Of a stretch of 64,000 bases of DNA, positions 10,277-20,379 are shown piece after piece. The notes beneath the pieces were generated by a model. That model was not told where the DNA came from and searched no databases. It saw only the letters and a program-made list of their open reading frames with translations. Position numbers and translations under genes: made by a program. This stretch comes from an uncultured Verrucomicrobiae bacterium (GTDB lineage Bacteria; Verrucomicrobiota; Verrucomicrobiia; Opitutales; Opitutaceae), in assembly GCA_963800005.1 (NCBI GenBank), contig CAWCZH010000006.1, positions 1,690,226 to 1,754,225 on the forward strand, given 5' to 3'. How positions within the stretch are numbered: the stretch's first letter is position 1; each line of letters opens with the position of its first letter.

Positions 10277-10645
10277 TTGCAGTTGGTAATTGGCGTGGTT
10301 GCCATCCCGCCCACGGTCCAAGACATCGCTCTCTGGCGCGAACGATGCGCGAAGATGCGTCGGGTCGCACGGGCCATCGGGAACGGCGATGTCGAAGTGC
10401 TCTCCGGGGCGCAGCAGATGACGCTCTATCGCGACTGGCTGCAGGTCACCACGGATCCGGATTTTGGAATTTTCGCGCGGATCGCGGAGGACGTTCGCCA
10501 GCTCTCGACCTGGGAGCCGGGTGCATCGCCTGGTGGGGCGGCGCAGCCTGCGAACACGGAGGCGTTGGGCACGCTCGCTCGATTTTACGCGCAACAGGCG
10601 CGCGTGGCCGCGGAGTCGATTGCACAAAGATATTGCGGATCATGA
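10277..10645 (+). CDS. Hypothetical protein (weak call)
   Basis: 122-aa ORF in a 600-bp otherwise non-coding gap. Its composition is less Arg/Pro-biased than the surrounding shadow ORFs. No recognisable domain. Confidence 0.25.
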   Translation: MQLVIGVVAIPPTVQDIALWRERCAKMRRVARAIGNGDVEVLSGAQQMTLYRDWLQVTTDPDFGIFARIAEDVRQLSTWEPGASPGGAAQPANTEALGTLARFYAQQARVAAESIAQRYCGS

Positions 10646-10702
10646 TCTGCGACAGAGGCCAATAATCTTTTCCCCTCGATTGCTGGCGCGCGGTGCCCTT
10701 GT

Positions 10703-11545
10703 TTGTCGGCGATGAATGATCCCCTGACGCGCCCGTGGTCTCGCCGGAATTTTATCAAGGCGGGCGCGGCCTCGGCGCTCGTCGCTGGCGCGCAGCCGGC
10801 GCTGCGGGCTGCCGAAGTGGTGAGCGACGCGACCCGCCCGGTGCGGAAGGTTTTCGCCGTGAGCTACCGCTGCCTCGGTGGCGCGGATCGAAAGTTCCTG
10901 CTGATGCATCACCTGCTCGAAAACGTGATCGGGAAACCGAACCCGCGTATTTGCTATATGCCGGCGGCGAGCGGCGATAAGCCGGCGCAAATCGCGTTCT
11001 GGTACGAGACGATGCTGAAGTTCAAATGCCAGCCGCGACATCAGCGAGTATATATCAACACACCCGATTATCCGGATTGGGAGAGCGAGATTCTCGCAGC
11101 GGATGCCGTGTTCATCGGCGGTGGCAACACGCTGAATATGATGGCGGTGTTTCGCGCGCAGGGCATCGACCGCGTTCTGCGGACCGCTTGGGAACGAGGC
11201 GTGGTCATGTCCGGCGAAAGCGCTGGGGCCAATTGCTGGTTCGAGACGTGTGACACCGACTCGCGACCCGGCCGGCTGTCGGCGACGGACGGCCTCGGGT
11301 TCCTGCGCGGATCGATGGTGCCGCATCTCGACGTCCCCGGCCGCGAGGACAGCCTGCGGGAACTCGAGAAGAGCGGCGCGCTCGGCGATGGATATGCGGG
11401 CGACGAGGGCGTGGCGTTCAGCTTTGAAAACGACCGACTCGTGCGCGTTGTGAAAAACCGTCCGGAAGCGCGTGCTTTTCAGATGGAGCGCAACGGTGGC
11501 GCCGTCCGCCTCACGCCACTGCCAGCGCAGCTGCTGGGCGCGTAG
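10703..11545 (+). CDS. Peptidase S51 (dipeptidase E/cyanophycinase-like) with Tat signal
   Basis: The N-terminus RRNFIKAGAASALVAGA is a twin-arginine signal. S51 motifs follow (…FIGGGNT… and GESAGANCW). Confidence 0.7.
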   Translation: MSAMNDPLTRPWSRRNFIKAGAASALVAGAQPALRAAEVVSDATRPVRKVFAVSYRCLGGADRKFLLMHHLLENVIGKPNPRICYMPAASGDKPAQIAFWYETMLKFKCQPRHQRVYINTPDYPDWESEILAADAVFIGGGNTLNMMAVFRAQGIDRVLRTAWERGVVMSGESAGANCWFETCDTDSRPGRLSATDGLGFLRGSMVPHLDVPGREDSLRELEKSGALGDGYAGDEGVAFSFENDRLVRVVKNRPEARAFQMERNGGAVRLTPLPAQLLGA

Positions 11546-11799
11546 CCACGCGAGCTGAGCGCCGGACATATATATACTATATGTAGGATCGCCGGCGCGG
11601 TCGGCCCGTTCTCGTCCGCAGCGGCCGGCGCTGATGCTGCCGCATGCGCTTCACGGGTGGGCGCTATATCGGCAGGTCCCGCCCGGTCATAGGATCGTCC
11701 TGGACGGCAGCTATATATCGCATCGGCGTTGCGTTATATGTCTCCGACGTATATAGTATATGGCGCCAACCGCTGCGCTGGTCGCCTGCGTACTATCTT

Positions 11800-12504
11800 T
11801 CAGCTCGGTGGCGGAATCCGGGCAGGTGGCGTGCCGAACGGCGGCTGTGGACGACTGATTTCGAAGGCTTCGAGCAGTTCGGGGAACTCGGCCCGGATGG
11901 GCGAGCTCGTGAGAAACTCGAGAGCGGCGCGCTTTTGCCCGCGGGCACGCAGGCTCGCATAGACATGCAACTCGAATTGCAGCCGAAGGATGCGGGCGGC
12001 GTCGCGGAGGTGAAAGGCATCGAGCAGCACGAGGAGCGATTCGACCGTGGAGTAACGCGCGGGGTCGGCCTGCGCGCGCAACCAGTAGCGGCTCTCGGCC
12101 TGCGGTGGCAGGCTGATGATGCGGCCCCAGCCTCGCACTTCCTGCGCCATCGATGAGGCCTCGCGCCAGGAGCCGTCGAGGAGTGCCACCTGCACGCTCG
12201 ACGCCGGCACTTCAAAAGTCGCCGGCTCGCCTTGAGGATGAAGCAGCCATAATTCGCGTCCGGGTTCTTGCACGTCCGCAGCAGTCAGCCCGCGTTCGCG
12301 TCGCCAGAGGTGCGTTCTCGAATCCGGCAGCACGCGTTGAATCAGCCCGCCCGTGCTGCTCGGGCGAAACCGCTCGCGATGATGCATCAATATATCAATC
12401 GCGAGCGGGCAAGTCGCCGTGCGCTGGGCGGGGCACACGCACCAGCGCGGGGGCATCCGGCATTCCGGGCAGCGCAACGAGGATTGCCGGATTACGCTCC
12501 GCAT
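11800..12504 (-). CDS. DTW domain protein (tRNA-uridine aminocarboxypropyltransferase-like)
   Basis: N-terminal Cys cluster CPECRMPPRWCVCP and a DGSW(RE) motif equivalent to the DTW signature. Confidence 0.7.
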   Translation of the reverse strand: MRSVIRQSSLRCPECRMPPRWCVCPAQRTATCPLAIDILMHHRERFRPSSTGGLIQRVLPDSRTHLWRRERGLTAADVQEPGRELWLLHPQGEPATFEVPASSVQVALLDGSWREASSMAQEVRGWGRIISLPPQAESRYWLRAQADPARYSTVESLLVLLDAFHLRDAARILRLQFELHVYASLRARGQKRAALEFLTSSPIRAEFPELLEAFEISRPQPPFGTPPARIPPPS

Positions 12505-12685
12505 GCTCAGGCCGGCTCGTAACTAGGAGCCGCCACCGGACCGCCGGCGAAGCGCCGCGGTGCCGGCCGGTTCATCGGCCGCGACAGCGCAGGCCAGAAA
12601 GTATATATGTTGAACAATATAGCCCGGCCACGCGCCCGCGCTGACCGCGGAAGGAGAGTTCCCGGGAACGCGGCGGTAAATATAT

Positions 12686-13408
12686 TCAGTTCCGGCTGCG
12701 GCTGTTCAGGAGCAGGCGGAGGATTTCCAGGTAGAGCCACACGAGGCCAACGACCAGGCCGAACGCGAGGCGCCAGGATTGCTCCTCGCTGACACCACTT
12801 TCCACGGCGCTTTCGACCTGCGCGAAATCAATGACGAAGCTCAGCGAGGCGACGATGATGATGACGACGCTGAACCCGAGACTCAGGTTGGAGTTGCCGT
12901 GAAGCAGGCCGAAGGGGTGGCCGAAGAATCCCGCGACGAGATCCGCGAGATATACAATCATGATGCCGAGCATCACGCCGCAGATGGTCTTCACGAACGC
13001 GGGCGTCGCGCGCAGGATCTGCAATCTATATAGCGCGAGCACCGCGAAAAAGCAGCCGAACGTGCCGCTCACCGCCTGCCAAGCGATGCCCGGGTAACGC
13101 TGGGCCGCGAAATAGCTGACGCAGCCAAGCGCGATGCCTTCGCAGATCGCGTAGCCAGAGATCAGCAGCGGGTTCGCCGAACGCGTGAATATAATAATCA
13201 TCGCGAGCACGAACCCGGCGAGCGTTCCGATCATCGCGAGTCCAGGCGAGAACTGCTCCATTTGGAGCCCCCGCCACGTGACGCCAAAAGCGATGGTGGC
13301 AAAGGCGACCAGCATGGCGGTGCGGTTGACGACGCCTCCGATCGTCACAGTGCCGCGGGAGGTCGGCGTTTCGATGGAGCGGGTGAGGGCAGGATTGGGC
13401 GAGAACAT
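12686..13408 (-). CDS. Bax inhibitor-1/YccA family membrane protein
   Basis: About 241 aa from MFSPNPAL, with seven hydrophobic helices and the characteristic BI-1 layout. The longer ORF listed upstream (to 13630) is a likely over-extension. Confidence 0.8.
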   Translation of the reverse strand: MFSPNPALTRSIETPTSRGTVTIGGVVNRTAMLVAFATIAFGVTWRGLQMEQFSPGLAMIGTLAGFVLAMIIIFTRSANPLLISGYAICEGIALGCVSYFAAQRYPGIAWQAVSGTFGCFFAVLALYRLQILRATPAFVKTICGVMLGIMIVYLADLVAGFFGHPFGLLHGNSNLSLGFSVVIIIVASLSFVIDFAQVESAVESGVSEEQSWRLAFGLVVGLVWLYLEILRLLLNSRSRN

Positions 13409-13840
13409 GGTGAAAATGGGCAATATACTTTGGACCGAGAAAGAGGTGACGGCCGGAGACCTCCGGCGGAGGGACGGGTTCGTCGCATTGCAAGCATACA
13501 CGTCGGCGTGAAGATGCAAACCTCGTCGCAGCGGCGCCGGCTCGCGCGACGACAGCGTTCTGTCCCGGACGCGTTGCGCGTGCGGCGGTTGAATCGCGGA
13601 AATGCCTCGCCTGTTGCGCCTGCCAGCCAACGAGCCCCTGCCCGCGGAGCCAGCGAATCGCTCGCGAGATTCTCGGTGCGCGATCCGCGGTCGCGCGAGG
13701 TGATTAGCGCTATATAGGGACAGCGCAGGTTATACAACTTGCCGTATATACCGTTTGCGGGTCCGCGACGCGGCACCACGGCCCGAACATATAACGGTCT
13801 CGAACCACTAGCCTGGCGACGGGCACTCCACCGGGCGCAC

Positions 13841-16800
13841 CTAATGCGCTGGTTGCGGCTCGGGTCCGGGCCCGCCGGCGGGCGCGGGGGCAGGCGGCTT
13901 TTTCTCGTCGTTCTCGTGAAGCTCTTCCTCGAGCTCGCGATCGAGATCGACCGGCGCTTTCTGCCTGAGCCAGGAATACATTACAGGGACGAAGATCACG
14001 GTCGCAATCGTGGCGACGAGCAACCCGCCAATCACGGCGCGGCCGAGCGGCGCGTTCTGCTCGCCACCCTCTCCAAGCCCGAGCGCCATCGGCGCCATGC
14101 CGATGATCATGGCCAGCGCCGTCATGATCACCGGACGCAGCCGCACGTGTCCCGCGGAAAGCGCCGCAGCCCGTGCATCCTTGCCGTCGCGACGCTCATC
14201 GTTCGCAAAGGTCACGAGCAGGATCGAGTTGGAGGTCGCGACGCCCACGCTCATGATTGCGCCCATCAGCGCCGGCACGCTGATCGTCGTTCGTGTAAGA
14301 AACAGCGCCCAGACGATTCCGCAGAGGGCGCCCGGCAGCGCCATGATGATGACGAACGGGTCCATCCACGATTGGAAGTTCACGGCCATGAGAGCATATA
14401 CCAGCACGATCGCGAAAATCAGTCCCAGGCCGAGACCGAGAAATGAAGTGCTCATGCTCTTCGACTGCCCGCGCACCGTGATGAAACTTCCGCGCGTCAA
14501 CTGCTTTTCATATTTGGGGACCAGCTTGTTGACGGCCGATGCCACCGAGCCCAGGTCCTTGCGATCGACGTTCGCATATACATCGAAAACCGGTTGAATG
14601 TCATAGTGGCTGACGACCGCTTGAGTCGTCGCGCGATTCACGTGCGCCACGTTGCCGAGAACTTCGTCGACGCCCTGGCCGGGCGACGTCATTCCGATCG
14701 GGATGCGACTGACATCGTCGAGTGAGTCGACATGATATTGCGGAGCCTGGGTAGCGACGAGGTATTGCACGCCGTTTTTCGGATCTATCCAATAATTCGT
14801 CGCCGCTTGTCCCGAGCCGCTGAGGGTAATGAGCAGGTTGCTTGCGATTGCGCTCTGCGTGAGACCGAGTTGCGCGGCGCGGATCCGGTCAACGTTTACC
14901 TTAAACGACGGCGAGTTTAATATTTGGTGCACATGCACGTCCACGGCGCCGGGGATCTTCGCGATTTCCGCGGCGATCTGCTGGGCGAGTTCATAATTCT
15001 TTTCCGGGGCGCGACCGGCGACCTGGAGGTCGATCGGAGCCGGGAGCCCGAAGTTCAGGATCTGGCTGACGATATCCGCGGATTGCGTGAAGAATGTACA
15101 TTCCGGCATCTCGCGATTCAGCCGCTCGCGCAACTGGCGCACATAGCCCCACGTCGAGTGGTGCTTTTTCTGGTTCAGTTGAACCAGGATCTCGCCATCA
15201 GCGGCGCTGATCGTCGCGGTGTCGCTATAAGCCAGGTTGATGCCACTGGTGGGCAGGCCTATATTATCTATAACGGTGTCGAGCTCCGCGGCCGGCACGA
15301 CCTCGTGGATGATATTTTCGACGCGAGTGAAATAGCGCTCCGTCTCCTCGACGCGCGTCCCTGCCGGAGTGCGCACGTGCAAGCGGAACTGGCCGGCATC
15401 GACGAGCGGGAAGAAATCTTCACCGAGGAATGGCACGAGACACGCGGTGATCGCGACGAGCACGCCCATGCCGAGCAGCACCCAGCCGCGGTGATCAAGG
15501 CACCAGTCGAGATGGGCGCGGTGCCATTCGCGCAGTTTCTCGAAGTATTTATTAAACTTCACATGGACGCGCCAGATCCAGTCACTGTCCGGCGGTGCCT
15601 CGCCCTTGCCCTCGTCGTGACGCACCGGCTGGCCGCGCAATAGGAAATGCACGAACGTCGGCACCACCGTTCGCGAAAGGAAATAGGAAGCGAGCATCGC
15701 AAAGATCACGGCGAGGGCCAGCGGGTAGAACAGGAACTTCGCCGTGCCCTGTAGGAAGAATATAGGCACGAACACAATACAGATACAGAGTGTGGAAACG
15801 AAGGCCGGCACCGCGATCTGTTGCGCGCCGTCGAGAATCGCCTTCACCAATGGCTTTTTCTCCCCACCCGTCAGGTTGCGCGTTATATTCTCCACCTCGA
15901 CCGTCGCGTCATCGACGAGAATGCCCACCGCGAGCGCGAGCCCGCCCAGCGTCATCGCGTTGATGGTCTGCTGCGCGGCGTAGAGGCAGATGATCGAAAA
16001 GAAAATCGAGAGTGGAATCGAGACGGCGACGACCACGGTGTTTCGCCAAGTGCCGAGAAACAGCAGGATCATCAGCGCGGTGAGCGTCGCCGCGATCAGT
16101 GCCTCGCGGATCACGCCATTCAGCGAAGCACGAACATACACGCTCTGGTCGAAGCGCGGCTCGAGGTCGAGGGCCGGCGGGACGCTCGTCTTGATACGAG
16201 GCAGGGCGGCGCGCACGCGCTGGATGATGTCAAGCGTTGAGGCACGCCCGCTCTTCAATATACTCAGCAACGCGCCTCGCCGGCCGTCCTGCCGCACGAT
16301 GCTCGTCTGCGGCGCATAACCGTCGCGCACGTGGGCGACGTCCCCGATCCGCACGGTCGCGCCGTTGATCACGCGGATGGGGAGTTCATTGAACTCCTCG
16401 ACCGCGTCCGGGCTGCTGTTGAGCAGGAAATTATATTCGCGCGATCCGATCTTCGCCGTGCCGGTGGGCAGCGTGAGGTTTTGCGCGTTGATCGCGTTGC
16501 TGACGTCGGAGGGCGTGAGCCCTTTGGACTCGAGTGCGTGTAGGTCGATGTCGACCATGATCTGCCGCGATTTGCCGCCGCTCGGGAGCGGGATCGACGC
16601 GCCCTGCACGGTGGCGAGCTGCACGCGCACGAAGTTGCTGCCCAGATCATATAACGTTTGCTCGGGTAATGTTTTGCTCGCGAGCCCGAGCTGCAGGACG
16701 GGCACATTTGACGCGCTGAAACGGATCACGAGCGGCGGCGTGGTCCCGGGCGGCATCGAGCGGATGACTGTCTGGTTCGAGGCGGTGACCTGGGCGATCG

Positions 16801-17113
16801 CAGATTCTATATTGGCGTTTTCCTGCAGAAAGACCTTGATCACGCCGATGCCCGGGTAGGACTGCGACTCGATGTGCTCGATGTCGTTCACGGTCGTGGT
16901 CATGACGCGTTCGCTGATGGTGACCATGCGTCGTTCCATTTCCTCGGGGGCGAGGCCGGTATAGGTCCAGACGACGCAGACGACCGGTATATCAACCGAG
17001 GGGAAGATGTCCTTGGCCATCCGCAGGTAGGCCAGCACCCCGAGGCAGAGGATGAGGGCGGCCATCACGGTGAAGGTGTAGGGACGACGAAGGGCGAGGC
17101 GAACAATCCACAT
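13841..17113 (-). CDS. RND efflux transporter permease (HAE1/AcrB-like)
   Basis: 1090 aa with an N-terminus (MWIVRLALRRPYTFTVMAALI...) and twelve-TM / two-large-loop architecture diagnostic of AcrB/CzcA family pumps. Confidence 0.95.
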   Translation of the reverse strand: MWIVRLALRRPYTFTVMAALILCLGVLAYLRMAKDIFPSVDIPVVCVVWTYTGLAPEEMERRMVTISERVMTTTVNDIEHIESQSYPGIGVIKVFLQENANIESAIAQVTASNQTVIRSMPPGTTPPLVIRFSASNVPVLQLGLASKTLPEQTLYDLGSNFVRVQLATVQGASIPLPSGGKSRQIMVDIDLHALESKGLTPSDVSNAINAQNLTLPTGTAKIGSREYNFLLNSSPDAVEEFNELPIRVINGATVRIGDVAHVRDGYAPQTSIVRQDGRRGALLSILKSGRASTLDIIQRVRAALPRIKTSVPPALDLEPRFDQSVYVRASLNGVIREALIAATLTALMILLFLGTWRNTVVVAVSIPLSIFFSIICLYAAQQTINAMTLGGLALAVGILVDDATVEVENITRNLTGGEKKPLVKAILDGAQQIAVPAFVSTLCICIVFVPIFFLQGTAKFLFYPLALAVIFAMLASYFLSRTVVPTFVHFLLRGQPVRHDEGKGEAPPDSDWIWRVHVKFNKYFEKLREWHRAHLDWCLDHRGWVLLGMGVLVAITACLVPFLGEDFFPLVDAGQFRLHVRTPAGTRVEETERYFTRVENIIHEVVPAAELDTVIDNIGLPTSGINLAYSDTATISAADGEILVQLNQKKHHSTWGYVRQLRERLNREMPECTFFTQSADIVSQILNFGLPAPIDLQVAGRAPEKNYELAQQIAAEIAKIPGAVDVHVHQILNSPSFKVNVDRIRAAQLGLTQSAIASNLLITLSGSGQAATNYWIDPKNGVQYLVATQAPQYHVDSLDDVSRIPIGMTSPGQGVDEVLGNVAHVNRATTQAVVSHYDIQPVFDVYANVDRKDLGSVASAVNKLVPKYEKQLTRGSFITVRGQSKSMSTSFLGLGLGLIFAIVLVYALMAVNFQSWMDPFVIIMALPGALCGIVWALFLTRTTISVPALMGAIMSVGVATSNSILLVTFANDERRDGKDARAAALSAGHVRLRPVIMTALAMIIGMAPMALGLGEGGEQNAPLGRAVIGGLLVATIATVIFVPVMYSWLRQKAPVDLDRELEEELHENDEKKPPAPAPAGGPGPEPQPAH

Positions 17114-17200
17114 GGCTCGAGAGATCCGGGAAGCGGGTTCTGGTTACGTATATAGCGAGTATATAAAGACGTGAAATATATAGCGTTTCGCGTCGACGGA

Positions 17201-18607
17201 TCACCAACCGCCGCCGACGGCCTTGATCAGGAGGGCGGTGGCGACGAGGCGCTGGGCGCGGACCTGGGTGGCGAGCAGTTGGTTTTGCAGAAGCGAGCGC
17301 TGCGCATCGATGACCTCGAGGTAACTCACGATCCCGCTACGGTACCGGGTGGTGGCGAGATCGAGCAGGCGTTGGGAGCCTTGGACCGCGCGGTCGATGC
17401 CGCCGACCTGTTGGCCGAGGAAGCGAAGATCGGACAACCCGCTCTCGACTTCTTGAAACGCGACGAGGACCTGCTCGCGATAATTCGCGAGCGCCTCGTC
17501 GTAGTTGGCGCGAGCGATTTCATAATTCGCGCGCAGCAAGCCACCGCGAAATATCGGCACGTCGACCATGGTGCCGAGTCCCCATTCGCGACTGCTCCAT
17601 TGCAGCAGCTTGGAAAGGTCCGCGCTGTTCAACCCGGCGAATCCGGTCAAACTGATCGAGGGGAAAAACGCGGCCTTGGCGGCGCCGACTTGCGCGTTCA
17701 CGGAGGCGAGCGTGCGCTCGGCGGCAGCGACATCCGGGCGGCGTTCGAGCAACTCGCTCGGGAGGCCGACGGGCACAGGTGGCGGCTCGAGGTCGAGCGG
17801 TTTTATATATATAGCGAAGTTCTCCGGCGTCTGGCCCACGAGGACGGCGAGCGCGTGAATTTGGTCGGCGAGGTTCTGGCTCACGGCCGCCTCCGAGTTG
17901 CGCACGGTCTCGAGCTGGACCTCCGCTTCATATACGTCGACGTCGCTATTCACTCCGCCGGCGCGCAGCTTGCGCACGAGATCGAGCGCGTCCTGCAGCA
18001 GCGCCACGTTCTGTTCATATTGCACTTCCTGAAGTCGGAGGGAGCGCAGCGTGAAATAGTTCTGCGCGACGGCGGACTGCAGCGTGAGCAGAACGTTTTG
18101 ATATAGGTCGCCCTGCGCTTGGGCGGCGGCGCGGGCGCTTTCCAAGGCCCGGCGAGCGCGGCCGAAGAGGTCGAGTTCATAGCTGAGTTGCAGCGGAAGA
18201 TCGAACGTGTTGGCTGTATAGGGAACGCGGGGCGCACCGGGCGCGGTGGAGCGGTTGGCGGAATAGTGTTCGCGATTCCCGGTGCCATTGATCGAGAGAT
18301 TGGGCAGAAGGGCGGCCCGGCTGACGTCCGCGAGGGCGAGCGCGGCATCGAAGCGGGCGAGGGCGGCGCGCAAAGTGGGGCTCGCTTGCGCAGCGCGCTG
18401 CTCGAGATCATCCAGCACGGGGTCGCCGAATACCTTCCACCACTCGGGCTTGGGCAAGGCGTCGTGCGGGTCGGCCAGCTTCCACGGCGCGGCCTCGGTA
18501 TATACTCGAGGCACGTCCATGGCAGGTCGGTGATAATCCGGCCCGACGGTGCATCCGGCGACAAACAGCGCCGGCAGCCACGCGAAACGACAGAGCTTCA
18601 TCGGCAC
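17201..18607 (-). CDS. Efflux outer-membrane factor lipoprotein (NodT/TolC family)
   Basis: Lipoprotein signal (…LFVAGCTVGPDY…) and tandem TolC-like repeats. Its gene order with the RND pump points to the same role. Confidence 0.9.
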   Translation of the reverse strand: MPMKLCRFAWLPALFVAGCTVGPDYHRPAMDVPRVYTEAAPWKLADPHDALPKPEWWKVFGDPVLDDLEQRAAQASPTLRAALARFDAALALADVSRAALLPNLSINGTGNREHYSANRSTAPGAPRVPYTANTFDLPLQLSYELDLFGRARRALESARAAAQAQGDLYQNVLLTLQSAVAQNYFTLRSLRLQEVQYEQNVALLQDALDLVRKLRAGGVNSDVDVYEAEVQLETVRNSEAAVSQNLADQIHALAVLVGQTPENFAIYIKPLDLEPPPVPVGLPSELLERRPDVAAAERTLASVNAQVGAAKAAFFPSISLTGFAGLNSADLSKLLQWSSREWGLGTMVDVPIFRGGLLRANYEIARANYDEALANYREQVLVAFQEVESGLSDLRFLGQQVGGIDRAVQGSQRLLDLATTRYRSGIVSYLEVIDAQRSLLQNQLLATQVRAQRLVATALLIKAVGGGW

Positions 18608-18620
18608 CTTCGCGCCACGC

Positions 18621-19850
18621 TCAGTGGCCGCCCTGCTTTCCTTGCGCCGGTTTCTTGTTCTGCTCGCCCGACTGCTTTTGTTGTTTTTCCTGCTCCTGCT
18701 TTTCCTGTTGCTCCTCGATTTTTTCGTCGCGCGGCTGGACGAGCAACCCGTCGGTCAGCGCGTCGTTTGGGTTCGCGACGATCCGGGTGCCGGCTTTCAG
18801 GCCCTCGAGGATTTCCATTTGCGTGCCGAAATCGCGGCCGATGCGCACACGCGCAAGGCGTATATGATTCGCGTCATCGATAGTCGCCACGATCGCGCCT
18901 TCGCTGCGGATCATCGTCGCGATCGACGGCACGATGATGGCCGGCTGGTCGGGCACCAGGGAGAAGTGCACCTCGCAGAACATGCCCGGAAACAGCTCGT
19001 TGTGGGGATTGGGAATCTCTATATCAACGAGGAGGGTGCGCGAGGTCGGGTCGACCGCGCCGGCGAACCGGACCACGTGCCCGGAGAAGGGGCGATTTTG
19101 AAATTCCGGCACGGTGACCTGCACCTCCAGGCCGGACTGGATCGACCGGATATACGTTTGCGGGACATTTGCGTAGACGCGGAGGGGATCGACTTGGGAG
19201 ACATGATATATCTCTGCGCCGGTTCCGGAATTGATGAGCGTGCCGATTTGCGCGTTTCGGGCGGAAATGACGCCGTCGTAGGGGGCCGTGACCTTCTGAT
19301 ATTCCTGGAGTTTCACGAACCGCTCGACGTTGGCCTCGGCTGCCTTGGTGTCGGCCTGGCGTGCCTCGTAGTCCGCCTCCTTCGTGTCGACGTCCTGTTG
19401 CGGGACGGCGTGTTGTTCCCCGAGCGCGTGCCAGCGTTGAGCGCTGATCTGGGCGAGCTTCAGGTTGGCCTCGGTTTGAGCGAGTGCGGCGCGGGCCTGG
19501 TTGAGTTCCTGGTCCAGATCCGGGGTTTCGATACTGGCGAGTACGTCGCCGGCTCGGACATGATCGCCTATATCAAAGAACCATTTGCGAATAAATCCCG
19601 TGGTCCGGGCGTATATAGGCGTGTCCTGATACGCGAGCAGCGCGGCGGGGAGCGTCAGCTGCGTCGGGGCGTTCCCGAGTTGCGCGACAACGAAGTTAAC
19701 GACGGGCGCCGTGGGGCCCTGTTGCGCCGCGGCCTTCGACTTATGGTGCGAGTGGACAAGCAGAAGTATCGCGCCCGCAACGACGACGGCGACAGCGGCC
19801 AAGATGAGGAGGCGCGAGCGCTTCATCACGAGAGGCCGCCATTGCGCCAC
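18621..19850 (-). CDS. RND efflux membrane fusion protein (periplasmic adaptor, HlyD-like)
   Basis: N-terminal TM anchor, a coiled-coil hairpin region, and beta-barrel/lipoyl-like segments. There is a low-complexity QEKQ tail. It is the first gene of the MFP-OMF-RND operon. Confidence 0.9.
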   Translation of the reverse strand: MAQWRPLVMKRSRLLILAAVAVVVAGAILLLVHSHHKSKAAAQQGPTAPVVNFVVAQLGNAPTQLTLPAALLAYQDTPIYARTTGFIRKWFFDIGDHVRAGDVLASIETPDLDQELNQARAALAQTEANLKLAQISAQRWHALGEQHAVPQQDVDTKEADYEARQADTKAAEANVERFVKLQEYQKVTAPYDGVISARNAQIGTLINSGTGAEIYHVSQVDPLRVYANVPQTYIRSIQSGLEVQVTVPEFQNRPFSGHVVRFAGAVDPTSRTLLVDIEIPNPHNELFPGMFCEVHFSLVPDQPAIIVPSIATMIRSEGAIVATIDDANHIRLARVRIGRDFGTQMEILEGLKAGTRIVANPNDALTDGLLVQPRDEKIEEQQEKQEQEKQQKQSGEQNKKPAQGKQGGH

Positions 19851-20379
19851 AGCTTTCGAACTGCCGGCCGACGGGGCCGGCCCACGAAGATATATACTTT
19901 GACCATGGGTTAATCACTGCGTCGAGTTTCCGGCATCCAGCGGTGGCACCAGGAACATGGATAGAGCTGACCGGGGGGATTTCACCGTGTTCCGCCGGCC
20001 GCGAGCGGAGTCCCGGCGGCGACCCGCCGCTGGGGAGATCGGACACTGCCATCACCCGCCGCCACGCTTTTTATATAAAACGGCCGGGATTTTTATATAT
20101 TAAAATCCGACCGGCTGCCGTCGTTGTATATTAAAACCTGGTCGGAATTATAATATATAAAACGAGCCCACGACTCGATGGTCGTTGCGTAACGCGCTGT
20201 CTGGCAGTCGTAAAAAGCTAAGCGTCCTCCCGGGTTTGACATCAGGGAAACGCTGAAAAGCGCCCATTTATACAATAATGCGTTTGTTAAGCTTCTATAA
20301 CCCGTGGGCTACGTATTAATGCTTATCGGTCACCTTTAACCCCGGGCGCTCGCCAGGTCCGGGACAATACAAAAATAAT
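19851..20379. promoter_or_regulatory. Divergent AT-rich control region between efflux operon and PEP-CTERM gene with four phased TATA(T)AAAAC direct repeats
   Basis: The repeats sit at ~20064, ~20096, ~20128 and ~20155, spaced about 31 bp apart. Each is followed by a CCGG-containing segment. An imperfect hairpin is present at ggccgggatttt…aaaatccgaccgg. Confidence 0.4.

Noticed and set aside
20237-20277. Sigma70-like TTGACA … TACAAT promoter upstream of the PEP-CTERM gene
   Set aside because: The spacer between the candidate -35 and -10 is about 29 bp, too long for a canonical promoter, and promoter consensus for this lineage is uncertain.
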